A stretch of DNA of 38,291 nucleotides from Oligoflexia bacterium (GCA_043732305.1 JAYTHU010000058.1:1-38291), one strand, 5' to 3'. Shown: positions 1 through 10,471, numbered from the stretch's first letter. The notes: generated by a model not told the origin, from the sequence alone. Program-made: numbers and translations.

Positions 1-627
1 GAAATAGGACGAAGCAAACGGGGTGTTGCTTTAGGAGATGTGTTGATTGGACTTTTGCCAGGAAGTCGGAAGTCTGAACTCAAACATAATTTTCTCACAC
101 AACTTGAGGCTGCTAAAGTCATCCATACTAAAAATCCTCGAACAAAATTTATGGTTGTCGTGGCTCCTTCGCTTGATATCGATTTTGTAAAAACATTTAT
201 TCCTGAAGGATTCAATATTCCATTCAGCTTGGTCAAAGACGAGCCCTTGAAGCTGATCCAAATCTGCGATGCCTGCATTGTGGCAAGTGGAACGGCTACA
301 TTGATCACAGCATTGGCCGGAACTCCCATGGTGATCATGTATAAAATGAATGCCCTGACGGCAAGCATTGCCAGAAAATTAGTTAAAGGTGACTTTTTTG
401 GCATGCCTAATTTAATTTCCGGAGAAAAAATTGTTCCCGAACTTTTTCAGGAAGCCGCAAATCCTGAAAATTTAGCCGTAAAGATATTAAAATTTGTCGA
501 TAACAAACCTTATTGCCGTGAGACCAGAACCAAGCTTGATCTTGTAAAAGCAAAACTTGGCTCGAGTGGCGCTGTGAAAAAAGTTGTCGATGAAATTGAA
601 AAAGAACTATCAGGATCTCAGGCGTGA
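1..627 (+). CDS. lpxB: Lipid-A-disaccharide synthase, 5'-truncated by window edge
   Basis: Frame is open from base 1. Motifs LLPGSRKSE, ASGTATL and PNLI...IVPELFQ are typical of LpxB. Lies upstream of lpxK. Confidence 0.95.
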   Translation, partial: EIGRSKRGVALGDVLIGLLPGSRKSELKHNFLTQLEAAKVIHTKNPRTKFMVVVAPSLDIDFVKTFIPEGFNIPFSLVKDEPLKLIQICDACIVASGTATLITALAGTPMVIMYKMNALTASIARKLVKGDFFGMPNLISGEKIVPELFQEAANPENLAVKILKFVDNKPYCRETRTKLDLVKAKLGSSGAVKKVVDEIEKELSGSQA

Positions 628-1667
628 AATTCCTCCTTGCGCCTTTCGCATTTATTTTTGGCGTCATCGCGCGTTTGAGAATCACTCTTTATGATCGCGG
701 TTACCTTAAATCAATGAAACTTGCGAAGCCCGTGATCAGTGTGGGTAATATCACTGTCGGTGGCACAGGCAAGACTCCGTTCGTGGACATTCTCCTGACT
801 CAACTTGAAAGTGAAAATAAAAAAGTAGGCGTGCTGACCCGAGGATACGGCAGAAAAAGTTCTGCGATATTAAAAGTGGAAATTGATTCTGATCCGCACA
901 TGGTCGGTGATGAGCCTTTATGGCAGAAGCGACGTCACCCCCATGTGGATATTGTTGTCGGGGCGGACCGCGTGGCCGCATCCAAGCTTTTATCAGATGT
1001 TGATGTTATAATTCTCGAAGACGGAATGCAGCATCTTAAGATTCAGCGTGATTTGGAAATCACTTTAGTCGATAGCACTCAGGCTGACTCCGATTACAAA
1101 TATCTCCCGCAGGGACGGGCGAGAGAAAACTGGAATGCACTCAATCGCTCAGATGTTGTGGCAATCACAAAAGTGAATTTCACAACCGAAGAACGCGCAG
1201 ATTTACTGTTGGACCGGGTCATAGAATTTGGAGTCTGGGAAATTTTAGAAAGCCAGACTGTTTTTGAATGTCTTTGGAATCTGACCGATGGATCGGCAGT
1301 TTCAGAAATTCTCAGGGGAAAGAAAGTATTGCTTTGTTCTGGAATAGCACGACCAGAAAATTTTGAAAATCTTGTCAAGATTGAAGGCGCCTTTGTCATT
1401 GATCATATCAAACTTGAGGACCATGCTCACTTTGGTGATGACGCTAAGCAGGTAAATAAATTCCTTGAGAATCTTCAGGCGAAAGCTAAACTAAAAAAAG
1501 CTGATATGATTCTGGTGACTGAAAAAGATGGTGTTAAATTGGGCTTAGGAATTGCTTATGCTGAATCGCCCGATTTAGGAATCCCCATCTATGTGGTTTC
1601 GACAAAAATGACTTTTTCCCAGGAGCTGCCGTCGTTTTATGAATTGGCTACTTACAACTTTAATTAG
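624..1667 (+). CDS. lpxK: Tetraacyldisaccharide 4'-kinase
   Basis: PVISVGNITVGGTGKTP P-loop, plus RGYG, GDEP, DGMQH and TEKD motifs. GTG start overlaps the lpxB stop (GTGA). Confidence 0.95.
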   Translation: MKFLLAPFAFIFGVIARLRITLYDRGYLKSMKLAKPVISVGNITVGGTGKTPFVDILLTQLESENKKVGVLTRGYGRKSSAILKVEIDSDPHMVGDEPLWQKRRHPHVDIVVGADRVAASKLLSDVDVIILEDGMQHLKIQRDLEITLVDSTQADSDYKYLPQGRARENWNALNRSDVVAITKVNFTTEERADLLLDRVIEFGVWEILESQTVFECLWNLTDGSAVSEILRGKKVLLCSGIARPENFENLVKIEGAFVIDHIKLEDHAHFGDDAKQVNKFLENLQAKAKLKKADMILVTEKDGVKLGLGIAYAESPDLGIPIYVVSTKMTFSQELPSFYELATYNFN

Positions 1668-2517
1668 AGCATTTTCTTTTTTACTCAACCTCACTCCAAG
1701 ATTTTTCCAAATGAAGCTTGGACAGTTTTTGGGACTGATTTGGTTTCACGTTGTGAGAATCCGGCGTGATGTCGTTTTCTCGAACCTTAAATTAGCTTTT
1801 CCTGAAAAGTCCGATCATGAACGTTATAAAATCGCTCAAGCCAATTACATGAATTATGGATGTGGATTTATCGAGGCGATTCTACTTCCGTCACTTCCAT
1901 CCAGGTTTTTTAAAAAGTGGGTGATCATTGAAGGAATGGAAAACTACAACGCAGCGATGGCGGAGGCCAGAGGTCTATTTTTCCTCACCATGCACATCGG
2001 AAGTTGGGAGTTCATGAGTGCCGCCGGTATTTGGTTGGGTGTCCCTCTGCATGTCATTGTAAAAAAATTCAGAATGGAAGGCATAAATAAGGCTTGGGTC
2101 AAAGTGCGAACGGGCACTGGGTTAAAACTCATCAGTGAAGAAAAATCTAGTTTTGAAATCCTTCGAATTATAAAACGCAAAGAAGTTGTAGGTTTTATTC
2201 TTGATCAATTTATGGGGCCGCCTCCAGGCGTCCGAACTCAGTTTTTCAATGTCGAAACTGGCACTGCCGGTGGTTTGGCGCTTTTTGCAGATCGAACGCG
2301 TGTCCCCGTGCTCGCTGCTTACAATATTCGCGAAAAATCGGGCCATATTCGCATCGTTTTCGGAAAACCGATTGAATTTGTGGAACAGGGCAGCACCGCG
2401 CAAAATATTTCTTTCATGACTCAGGTTTATACAAGTAAGATTGAGGACATAGTGCGCAAGCACCCTGAGCAATGGTTGTGGCTACACCGACGGTGGAAAC
2501 CATTCCGAGACGCTTAG
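1639..2517 (+). CDS. lpxL: Lipid A late acyltransferase (LpxL/HtrB family)
   Basis: HIGSWE (HxxxxE), DQ and PEQWLWLHRRWK motifs. Lipid A operon context. Confidence 0.88.
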   Translation: MNWLLTTLIRAFSFLLNLTPRFFQMKLGQFLGLIWFHVVRIRRDVVFSNLKLAFPEKSDHERYKIAQANYMNYGCGFIEAILLPSLPSRFFKKWVIIEGMENYNAAMAEARGLFFLTMHIGSWEFMSAAGIWLGVPLHVIVKKFRMEGINKAWVKVRTGTGLKLISEEKSSFEILRIIKRKEVVGFILDQFMGPPPGVRTQFFNVETGTAGGLALFADRTRVPVLAAYNIREKSGHIRIVFGKPIEFVEQGSTAQNISFMTQVYTSKIEDIVRKHPEQWLWLHRRWKPFRDA

Positions 2518-2552
2518 AGCGGTTAAAAGCAGCCAAACATAAGGACGCGAGC

Positions 2553-3614
2553 ATGATGATAAAGCAGATTATAATCCCAGTTGTCACAGTGTTTACTTTG
2601 ATCGGCTGTGCGAGCAAAATGCCGAACCTTTCTAATCCCGTGGAAATGGGCACCATGAAAGAGTACGACTCTAAAGTGGCAATCAAAGATCTGGGCAATT
2701 CTCCGGAAGCTACGACGTCGGCGCTCAAGGACGATGGAAAGCCAATTCCCAAACTAGGTTTAGAGCCGATTATCAAAAAAGAACTTAAGGGCAGGAAGAA
2801 AAAGAAGATTGAGAGTAATCCTATGACACCTCCAGAAGTCAGCGCTACCGATGCCAAACGTTTGCCAGAAATAGAAGACTCCGTTGGGTTCAATGGTCGT
2901 CGGCCAATTGTTGATCCTTTTCACGTTGGCGAAAAAGTCACCCTCATGCTGACCTATTTTGGTGTTTCAGCTGGCGACGCAACTTTGGAACTTAGGCCCT
3001 TTGCCGAAGTGAACGGCCGCAAGGCTTACCATTTTTATTCTAAACTCACCAGCTCCTCTGTCTTTGCGATGTTTTACCGCGTGGATGATTTCGCTGAAAG
3101 CTATATGGATTTCGAACAAATGGTTCCGCTAAATTTCACGATGTCTGTAAAAGAATCGAAGCAACTTCGCGAAGTCAGAACTTTTTTTGATTGGAAAACT
3201 CAGAAAGCAAATTTTTGGGAACAGCGGGTCACATCTGAGGATGGGAAAAAAGAAACTAAAAAAAGTTGGGATCTTGTTCCGTTTGCGCAAAATGTTTACA
3301 CAGCTTTGCATTACTTCCGAACCTTTCAACTGGAAGATGGAAAAACATATTCCTATCACGTGAGTGACGACGGAAATACTTGGGACGTGCACGCAAAAGT
3401 TCTGCGACGAGAAATTCTCAAGACAGATCTAGGGAATTTTAAAACGGTAGTGATTAGTCCAGAAGTAGCCACCAACGGTATTCTTAAGCCAATGGGTGAG
3501 GTTTTATTTTGGTTCACTGATGACGATCGCAAATTTCCAGTGAAGTTCGAAGCTAAAATTAAAATTGGTAAAGTCGTGGGATATCTCAAAGCTTTGGAAA
3601 AAGGAAATCCCTGA
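2553..3614 (+). CDS. DUF3108-like lipoprotein
   Basis: AAGGA RBS precedes ATG 2553. Lipobox LIGC. The GEKVTL..YFGVSAG and WFTDDDRKFPVK patterns resemble DUF3108. Confidence 0.7.
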   Translation: MMIKQIIIPVVTVFTLIGCASKMPNLSNPVEMGTMKEYDSKVAIKDLGNSPEATTSALKDDGKPIPKLGLEPIIKKELKGRKKKKIESNPMTPPEVSATDAKRLPEIEDSVGFNGRRPIVDPFHVGEKVTLMLTYFGVSAGDATLELRPFAEVNGRKAYHFYSKLTSSSVFAMFYRVDDFAESYMDFEQMVPLNFTMSVKESKQLREVRTFFDWKTQKANFWEQRVTSEDGKKETKKSWDLVPFAQNVYTALHYFRTFQLEDGKTYSYHVSDDGNTWDVHAKVLRREILKTDLGNFKTVVISPEVATNGILKPMGEVLFWFTDDDRKFPVKFEAKIKIGKVVGYLKALEKGNP

Positions 3615-3616
3615 GC

Positions 3617-4642
3617 GTGTTCTCAAAAGTTATGGTCGTCCAGACCGCTTTTTTGGGGGACGCGATTTTGGCTACTCCTTTGCTCACAGCTATTAAAAGA
3701 AAATTTCCCAGATCGAAACTGGCATTGGTTTGTCGCAAAGGCGTAGGCGAATTCTTTTTAAAAACGGGCCTTGCTGATGAGATTTTTGAAATAAATAAAA
3801 ATGATCCTGCTTCTATGGCTCAAACTTTCAGTGCTGGACGGGCATTCAAGCCTGATTTGATTTTGTCTCCTCATCAGAGTTTTCGGACGGCACTATTTGT
3901 ATGGAGCTGTCGTGCTCCATACAGTATTGGCTTCAAAAATTTCTGGAATTTCTGGGCGTTTAAAAAAACAATTTCACGCGACATGAAACTTCATGATGCC
4001 CTTAGGCAACTCTCACTGATGCAATCTCTTGAGAGTTTAGGAGAGACGGTCTCACTACAAGATCCTGAGATTCTCTTTCCACACATTTCGCCCTCAAAAT
4101 TAATTCAGGGAACTGATTCTAAATTCACAGAAATCAAAGGGGCGGTTGCCCTCGCTCCGGGGAGCCAGTGGGCCACTAAGCGTTGGGCTCTTTCTGGGTT
4201 CATAGGTTGCGCACGTGAATATCTGAAGCACGGAGAAAAAGTTGTCCTCGTTGGAAGTCCGGATGAAATTTTAATTGCGAATGAAATTATAAAAGAAATT
4301 CCTGAAGCCATAAGTTTAGTGGGAAAGACCAGTGTCACTGAGCTGGCCCAAGTGCTTTCGCAATGTCGCTTGCTCATCACCAATGACAGTGGGGCTATGC
4401 ATGTAGCAACCGTTATGGGAACTCCTGTGGTGAGTGTTTTTGGCCCAACAGTGCCGTCGCAAGGTTACTCTCCTTGGTCTCTGCAATCGTCAATCGTGCA
4501 AACAGATTTAGATTGCCGGCCGTGCGGAGCTCATGGCCACGAAAGATGCCCACTCGGCCATCACAATTGCATGAAATTTGTAACCTCTGAGATGGTCATT
4601 GCGGCCGCAAATAAGTTACCGATGAAAGTCGTGGGTGATTAG
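3617..4642 (+). CDS. GT9 LPS heptosyltransferase (WaaF-like)
   Basis: QTAFLGD, APGSQWATKRW, TNDSGAMH and FGPT motifs. C-terminal CRPC...C...C. Confidence 0.9.
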   Translation: MFSKVMVVQTAFLGDAILATPLLTAIKRKFPRSKLALVCRKGVGEFFLKTGLADEIFEINKNDPASMAQTFSAGRAFKPDLILSPHQSFRTALFVWSCRAPYSIGFKNFWNFWAFKKTISRDMKLHDALRQLSLMQSLESLGETVSLQDPEILFPHISPSKLIQGTDSKFTEIKGAVALAPGSQWATKRWALSGFIGCAREYLKHGEKVVLVGSPDEILIANEIIKEIPEAISLVGKTSVTELAQVLSQCRLLITNDSGAMHVATVMGTPVVSVFGPTVPSQGYSPWSLQSSIVQTDLDCRPCGAHGHERCPLGHHNCMKFVTSEMVIAAANKLPMKVVGD

Positions 4643-5775
4643 TGAGGGTCGGTTTTGATGCAACAACAGTGGCTTTCGCTAAGAAAACTGGCACGGGTGT
4701 ATACTCTGAAGAATTAATGAAAGCCTACGCACGCTCTTTCCCATCGGATCAAGTTTTCCATACTTATCGGTTGGCTCGGGCCATCAAAGGGCAGAAATAT
4801 TTTTTACCGCTGGTGGAGAGTCGCAGTGAACGACATGTTCTTCAAGATCCTTGGACATTTTGGCGTGGTGGGAATTACGATGTTTTTCACGGCTTAAACG
4901 CGCGCTTGCCAATTCTGAAGGGCGCAAAAAAAATCGTCACTATCCACGATCTCTTTTCGCTCTTTGGAAAATTCTCCAATGCGAAGTTTCTAGCCGATCA
5001 AAAAAAGAAAACTTTTGCCACGCTCAATCGTGCGGATCACATTATTGTCCCAGCCGTATTCACTAAAAATCTTTTGATCGACAAGCTTGAAGTCCGAGCT
5101 CAAGACATCACTGTTGTGGGTGAAGGAGTGCGTGAGATTTACTTGCGAGAATTCAATCGAGAGGCTGAAAAATTAAAGCTAGAAAAAAAATATAATATTT
5201 TGAAGCCTTATTTTCTTTTTGTGGGGACGTTAGAAAAAAGAAAAAATGTGACGGGAATTTTAGAGGCTTTTGCGCGTTTTGATTCTGAGTCCCCTGGGTC
5301 CCATCAATTGATTCTTGTCGGTGGCCAAGGATTTGGTTTTGATGATATCGAATCTAAAATCTTGCAACTTCAGTTGGGCGACAAAGTTAAAATTCTCGGT
5401 CATATGGAAGAAGAATGGCTTGCCAGTCTTTACCGCGCGGCAGCAGCTTTGATGTTTTTATCATGGGAGGAGGGTTATGGAATTCCAGTGATTGAAGCCA
5501 TGGCTTGCGGAACTCCAGTGATATCTTCTGATACCACAAGCCTTCCTGAAGTTGGCGCCGGACTCACGCATTTGGTTTCGCCGATTGATTTTCCAAGGGC
5601 CGCACAAATCATGCTCAACATATCTGCAGCGTCTCTCACCAGATCGGGCGAAAATCATGAACTTTCTTTTATCAAATACCAGACCGACCAAGCGCAGAAA
5701 TATGCTCGAAAGCTCACCTGGGAAAAAGTCGCCCGCGACACCCGTGATGTTTACTCTAAAGTCTTAAAAGTTTAA
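4642..5775 (+). CDS. GT4 glycosyltransferase
   Basis: TIHDL, VGTLEKRKN and EGYGIPVIEAMACGTPV motifs. Confidence 0.9.
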   Translation: MRVGFDATTVAFAKKTGTGVYSEELMKAYARSFPSDQVFHTYRLARAIKGQKYFLPLVESRSERHVLQDPWTFWRGGNYDVFHGLNARLPILKGAKKIVTIHDLFSLFGKFSNAKFLADQKKKTFATLNRADHIIVPAVFTKNLLIDKLEVRAQDITVVGEGVREIYLREFNREAEKLKLEKKYNILKPYFLFVGTLEKRKNVTGILEAFARFDSESPGSHQLILVGGQGFGFDDIESKILQLQLGDKVKILGHMEEEWLASLYRAAAALMFLSWEEGYGIPVIEAMACGTPVISSDTTSLPEVGAGLTHLVSPIDFPRAAQIMLNISAASLTRSGENHELSFIKYQTDQAQKYARKLTWEKVARDTRDVYSKVLKV

Positions 5776-5845
5776 CAGATTTACTACAGTCAGAAAAAGT
5801 TTGATATCTATCGGGTGCTCTGAAAAAGAAGAGAGCGCGTTAAAG

Positions 5846-6169
5846 TTATACGGCGAAGCTACTTCCGCAGCCGCAGGATTTTTTGGCGTTGGGGTTTTGA
5901 AAATTAAAGCCGGTGCCGTTCAGGCCATCGGAAAAATCGAGAGTGGTGTTCATAACGTAGAGATAGCTCTTGGGATCGACAACCACGGTCACACCATGCT
6001 CGGAAAAAGCCTTATCATTGTCTTTGGCAATTTTGTCGAAATCGAGTTTATAAGACATGCCGGAGCAACCCCCGCCGATGACTTGCACGCGCAAAAGTGA
6101 TTCCCCCTCGTTTTTTTGAGCAAGAATTTTCTTAATTTCTGATGCTGCTTTTTCGGTCACATGAATCAT
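5846..6169 (-). CDS. iscA: A-type Fe-S cluster carrier (IscA/HesB family)
   Basis: GGGCSG and NPNAKKSCGCGSSF motifs. Downstream of iscS. Confidence 0.92.
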   Translation of the reverse strand: MIHVTEKAASEIKKILAQKNEGESLLRVQVIGGGCSGMSYKLDFDKIAKDNDKAFSEHGVTVVVDPKSYLYVMNTTLDFSDGLNGTGFNFQNPNAKKSCGCGSSFAV

Positions 6170-6228
6170 ATCGATCTACTTTCCTAAAAGTTATTCACTC
6201 TAACTTCTATGCCCTATTATAGTTACTC

Positions 6229-7401
6229 TTAGAGCTTTTGTCCAGGCCGCAACCCAGAACGTAGGTTGGAAATGGCTGCCACCAAGGATTTAGAGGCTTT
6301 ATCTATCTCTTCGCGGGTGGTAGTGCGGCCTAATCCAAAGCGCAGTGTACCGCGAGCTTCTCTTTCAGTCAGTCCAATGGCCGTTAAAACGTGGCTGGGA
6401 TCGTTCGTCGAGGTGCAGGCAGCTCCGGTAGAGACAGCTAAGTCACGAGCCTCACGTAAGATCTCGGTCGCCTCTAAATCCGAAAAAGTGACGCTCATAT
6501 TGTTTGGTAGGCGCTGCTCACGGTCACCATTGAAAGCACAATGCAAACCTTGGAGAGACTCTTCAAAATAATTTCTCAAAAATTTAATACGCTCAAATTC
6601 ATTGGAGCGTTTTTCCATAATCATTTTGCAAGCATGTCCTAATCCCACAATACCCGGAACATTTAAAGTTCCCGAACGCATACCGCGTTCTTGGCCGGCC
6701 CCTAAAGTCTGTGAATCTATTTTGACTCTTGGATTTGCAGAACGAATGTAAACGGCTCCAACGCCTTTCGGACCATTCATTTTGTGGCCCGAAAGTGTGA
6801 GCATGTCTATGTTTTGTCTAATCACGTCTATCGAAATGTACGGTAAAATTTGAACCGCATCAGTGTGAAATAAAACGCGATGTGAGCGCGTGATTTTTCC
6901 AATCTCCCCTAAATTTTGAATGGTGCCGATCTCATTGTTTGCTGCCTGTATTGAAACAAGAACCGTTTCAAATCGAATTGCTTTTTCAAGTTGTCCTGTG
7001 GAAATCAAACCTTGGGCATCGGGTTCCAGATAAGTGACGTGATGACCTTGCTTCACTAAATCGGCACAAGGTTCCAACACAGATTTATGCTCAATGCGAG
7101 TCGTGATGATATTATAAGGACCAGGTTTTGCCAATTGGGTCAGCGCGCCTTGCAGAGCCAAGTTATTGCTCTCAGTGGCTCCACTAGTAAAATAAATATC
7201 TTTAGTTTGTGCGCCAATAAGTTTGGCCACTTGTTTACGCGCTTCTTCTACAGCTTCTTTAGCTTTCCAACCGTAGGGATGAATGCTTGAAGCATTTCCG
7301 AAATCTGACGTGAGATAGGGCATCATGGCCGCCAACACCTCTGGATCCAAAGGTGTTGTGGCGTGATGATCGAGATAAATCAGTTGATCTTCAGTTTTCA
7401 A
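6229..7401 (-). CDS. iscS: Cysteine desulfurase (IscS/NifS group I)
   Basis: YLDHHATTP, TSGATESNN, NNEIG, HTDAVQ, SGHK (PLP Lys), RSGT and STGAAC (catalytic Cys). Confidence 0.9.
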   Translation of the reverse strand: MKTEDQLIYLDHHATTPLDPEVLAAMMPYLTSDFGNASSIHPYGWKAKEAVEEARKQVAKLIGAQTKDIYFTSGATESNNLALQGALTQLAKPGPYNIITTRIEHKSVLEPCADLVKQGHHVTYLEPDAQGLISTGQLEKAIRFETVLVSIQAANNEIGTIQNLGEIGKITRSHRVLFHTDAVQILPYISIDVIRQNIDMLTLSGHKMNGPKGVGAVYIRSANPRVKIDSQTLGAGQERGMRSGTLNVPGIVGLGHACKMIMEKRSNEFERIKFLRNYFEESLQGLHCAFNGDREQRLPNNMSVTFSDLEATEILREARDLAVSTGAACTSTNDPSHVLTAIGLTEREARGTLRFGLGRTTTREEIDKASKSLVAAISNLRSGLRPGQKL

Positions 7402-8127
7402 TTAAGGGGCAACCTCAAATTCACGAGTTGTTTTATTGAACTCACCTTTGACTGATTTTCCTTTTTTATTAACCAGGTCAATCATCAGCTTGTGTTTGCC
7501 AGCGGTGAGACCTTCAAAAAACAGGGGTTTCCATTCAGTGATCATTTGTGCAGGGAGCTTGTCGAGTGTGTATTTCACTTTGTAGCCATCAGCAGACAGA
7601 ACGACGTTTTTAATCCAAAAATCGAAAATGATTTTCTTGGCTTTTTCGCCTTCGTATTTTCCTTTAGGACGACTGTAGGTAAGCACCATGTCTTTTTCAA
7701 AATTAACAGTGCTTTTGCCTTCTTTCTTTTCGACATAAAATTTCACATCAGCAAAAGCTGTGGGATCTTTGATGCTCTCGTGCCATGCCGTTGATGGAAA
7801 CGCGCGAATAGTGTGAATTCCAGGTTTAAGATCTTTTAAAATAAAGGGCTGAGAAACATCAAAACAAGGTTGGTAGGGTTCATTGTCCAAAATGACATGG
7901 ATGTGAGCGCCGCCAGGTTTTACTTCATAATTTTTCAATTCAAATGTCACAGGGACATTCGTGTCAGTGATTATGTCGCCTTCTTTAGGGGAAACGATAG
8001 TCAGTGAAACTGGTCCTTTTTCCACTATGGCTGTAGACGACTGGTCTGCAGTTGTGGATTTTGAAGCACAATTTGTGATCATGAGAGTTGAGGCAAGTGC
8101 CAAGAATGAGAGGGTTATTTTTTTCAT
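7402..8127 (-). CDS. Putative His-containing beta-rich lipoprotein of unknown function
   Basis: AGGAG RBS. Signal peptide with lipobox-like ITNC. HIHVILDN and GIHTIRAFP..WHES motifs. Confidence 0.75.
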   Translation of the reverse strand: MKKITLSFLALASTLMITNCASKSTTADQSSTAIVEKGPVSLTIVSPKEGDIITDTNVPVTFELKNYEVKPGGAHIHVILDNEPYQPCFDVSQPFILKDLKPGIHTIRAFPSTAWHESIKDPTAFADVKFYVEKKEGKSTVNFEKDMVLTYSRPKGKYEGEKAKKIIFDFWIKNVVLSADGYKVKYTLDKLPAQMITEWKPLFFEGLTAGKHKLMIDLVNKKGKSVKGEFNKTTREFEVAP

Positions 8128-8231
8128 GTTTCAGCTCCTTTTTTGTTTAGGCGGTCATAATGCTCCTGTGGCCTTACTAAATCAAGAGGCAATGCTTGAC
8201 CCCAGAAGGGGCGCAACCTAGTCTCAAAGGC

Positions 8232-9401
8232 ATGAAAGTAGTTTTGCTTCATGATTGGTTGACGGGTATGCGCGGTGGGGAACGCGTGCTTGAGGCATTT
8301 TGCGAAATTTTCCCCGAAGCACCTATTTACTCGCTGATTCATAAGCCGGGATCGACTAGTCCCGTGATAGACAGTCACGAAATCAAAACGTCTTTTTTGA
8401 ATCGAATTCCGGGCATTTACGAAAATTATCGTAAATTTCTGCCACTTTTTCCAACTGCCGCTGATTCTATAAATATCACCGAGAAACCAGCTTTGATTTT
8501 GAGCAGTTCACATTGCGTTATCAAAGCGGTCAAGAAACCTGCAGGTTCTCGGCACATTTCTTACATTCATAGTCCCATGCGATACATTTATGATCAATTT
8601 GACGCCTACTTTGGACCCACAGCTCCTTTGTCCCAGCGATTAGTTGCGCCTCTCATTCGTGGTTATCTCACTCGATACGATTTAGAGAGCAATAGAAACG
8701 TTGACGGATTTATTGCTAACTCCGAATTTGTGCGTGATCGAATTCGTAAATTTTACGATCGTGAAGCAAACGTGGTTCATCCTTTCGTCGATCTGGTAGA
8801 TTTTTCCGAGGTGGCCGCTAACCCTCCGCCTCGCGAAAATTATTTCCTGATGGTCTCAGCTTTTGCTCCAAATAAACATGTTGAAGTAGCTATTCGCGCA
8901 TTCAATGAGCTCGGAAAAAAATTGGTTATTGTTGGAAGCGGACAGCAAGAAAATTATTTACGTTCGATGGCAGGGCCCACAATTGAGTTCAAGGGTTCTT
9001 GTAGTAGAAAAGAAATCATTCAACTGTTTGCTCGGGCTCAGGCATTTATTTTTCCTGGAGTAGAAGATTTTGGAATCACGCCACTTGAATCTTTAGCTGC
9101 CGGAACACCTGTGATTGCACTTCATGCAGGTGGGGTTCTTGAAACTTTAAATGATGATGTGGCAGATTTTTTCGAAGGCAATGATACCGTTTTACCCTTC
9201 AAAAAAGAAACTACTGTAAATTTAAACGAACCCACTGACAGCAACTTTCATCCGCACTCCAAATATCCAAAAACACTGACAGAAGCTGTACGTCGATTTA
9301 AACCCGCGCGTTTTGATCGAACCAAGCTTTTGGCACGTGCAGCGGAATTTTCTAAGGACACATTCAAGAGGAACATTATCTCGCAGCTGGCCATAAAATA
9401 G
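8232..9401 (+). CDS. GT4 glycosyltransferase
   Basis: MKVVLLHDWLTGMRGGERVL, HSPMRY and EDFGITPLES motifs. ATG 8232 follows AAGG. Confidence 0.9.
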   Translation: MKVVLLHDWLTGMRGGERVLEAFCEIFPEAPIYSLIHKPGSTSPVIDSHEIKTSFLNRIPGIYENYRKFLPLFPTAADSINITEKPALILSSSHCVIKAVKKPAGSRHISYIHSPMRYIYDQFDAYFGPTAPLSQRLVAPLIRGYLTRYDLESNRNVDGFIANSEFVRDRIRKFYDREANVVHPFVDLVDFSEVAANPPPRENYFLMVSAFAPNKHVEVAIRAFNELGKKLVIVGSGQQENYLRSMAGPTIEFKGSCSRKEIIQLFARAQAFIFPGVEDFGITPLESLAAGTPVIALHAGGVLETLNDDVADFFEGNDTVLPFKKETTVNLNEPTDSNFHPHSKYPKTLTEAVRRFKPARFDRTKLLARAAEFSKDTFKRNIISQLAIK

Positions 9402-9436
9402 TTGCCAAAAACTCCTCGGAAAACTATCACTTAGCC

Positions 9437-10471
9437 ATGCATATTTTACTTTTCCATGACTCTATTTTACCTGCCCCAAACTACGGCGGAATTGAACGCA
9501 TCGTTGTCACTTTGGCCGAAGAATATTCGCGCCTTGGTCACAAAGTCAGTGTCCTTTGCAAAAAAGGATCGAAGCTGCCGCGGCCTTTGCATGTGATTGA
9601 AGTTCCAGAAAATTGGGACGGGCAAGATGTAGAGTTCATTTTAAAATCGCAGAAAAATCTAAATCCTCATGGCGATGTTGAATTCATTCACTCTCATCAG
9701 CCGCTCGTGAAAGAACCCGCGCGACCTTATCTTGTGACGATTCATGGAAATGGCAGGCCTGCTGAGCACTATCATGCAAACACTAATTTTCTAAGCCGAA
9801 GTCATGCGCACAATCACAATTCAGAAATATGCGTTTTCAATGGCATCGATACCAAGCGCTATACCTACTGTGCGGAGAAAGAAGATTATTATATCTTCTT
9901 GGCCAAAACCACTTGGCGCGTGAAAAATTTAAAAACGGCCTTGAATTGGGCACGTGATCTCAATGTGAAATTGAAAATTATCGGCGGTGATGGAAAATCT
10001 CGCGGCAATATCGAGTACCTCGGTTTTGTGGACGATAAAATAAAAAATCATGTTCTTGGTCATGCGAAAGCTTTGATCTACCCCACCAATTGGGACGAAC
10101 CTTGTGCAGGAGCTCCTCTGGAAGCTTTGTCTTGCGGAACTCCAATTATTTCAACGGCCAATGGTTGCATGCCCGAAATGGTTTCTGATGACACCGGTGT
10201 GATTTGCAGAAATTATCAAGAACTTTTACAAGCTCCCCAAAAGCTTGTTCGAGTCAGCACTTTAAAATGTCGCCAGCGCGCCGAAACTGATTTCAGTGTG
10301 GAGAGAATGGCCGAAGATTATCTCGCGCTTATGGGAAAAATTATTCAAATTGGAAAGCTCGTCGATGACAAACATCGCCCACGTTATAATTTCAAAAAGA
10401 CATCAGTGGACCTGATGTTCAAACCTAGTTTTAAAAACAAATTGCAAGTCATGATCACAGGAAAAATATGA
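9437..10471 (+). CDS. GT4 glycosyltransferase
   Basis: PAPNYGGIERIV, TIHG, FNGID and WDEPCAGAPLEALSCGTP motifs. Confidence 0.88.
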   Translation: MHILLFHDSILPAPNYGGIERIVVTLAEEYSRLGHKVSVLCKKGSKLPRPLHVIEVPENWDGQDVEFILKSQKNLNPHGDVEFIHSHQPLVKEPARPYLVTIHGNGRPAEHYHANTNFLSRSHAHNHNSEICVFNGIDTKRYTYCAEKEDYYIFLAKTTWRVKNLKTALNWARDLNVKLKIIGGDGKSRGNIEYLGFVDDKIKNHVLGHAKALIYPTNWDEPCAGAPLEALSCGTPIISTANGCMPEMVSDDTGVICRNYQELLQAPQKLVRVSTLKCRQRAETDFSVERMAEDYLALMGKIIQIGKLVDDKHRPRYNFKKTSVDLMFKPSFKNKLQVMITGKI

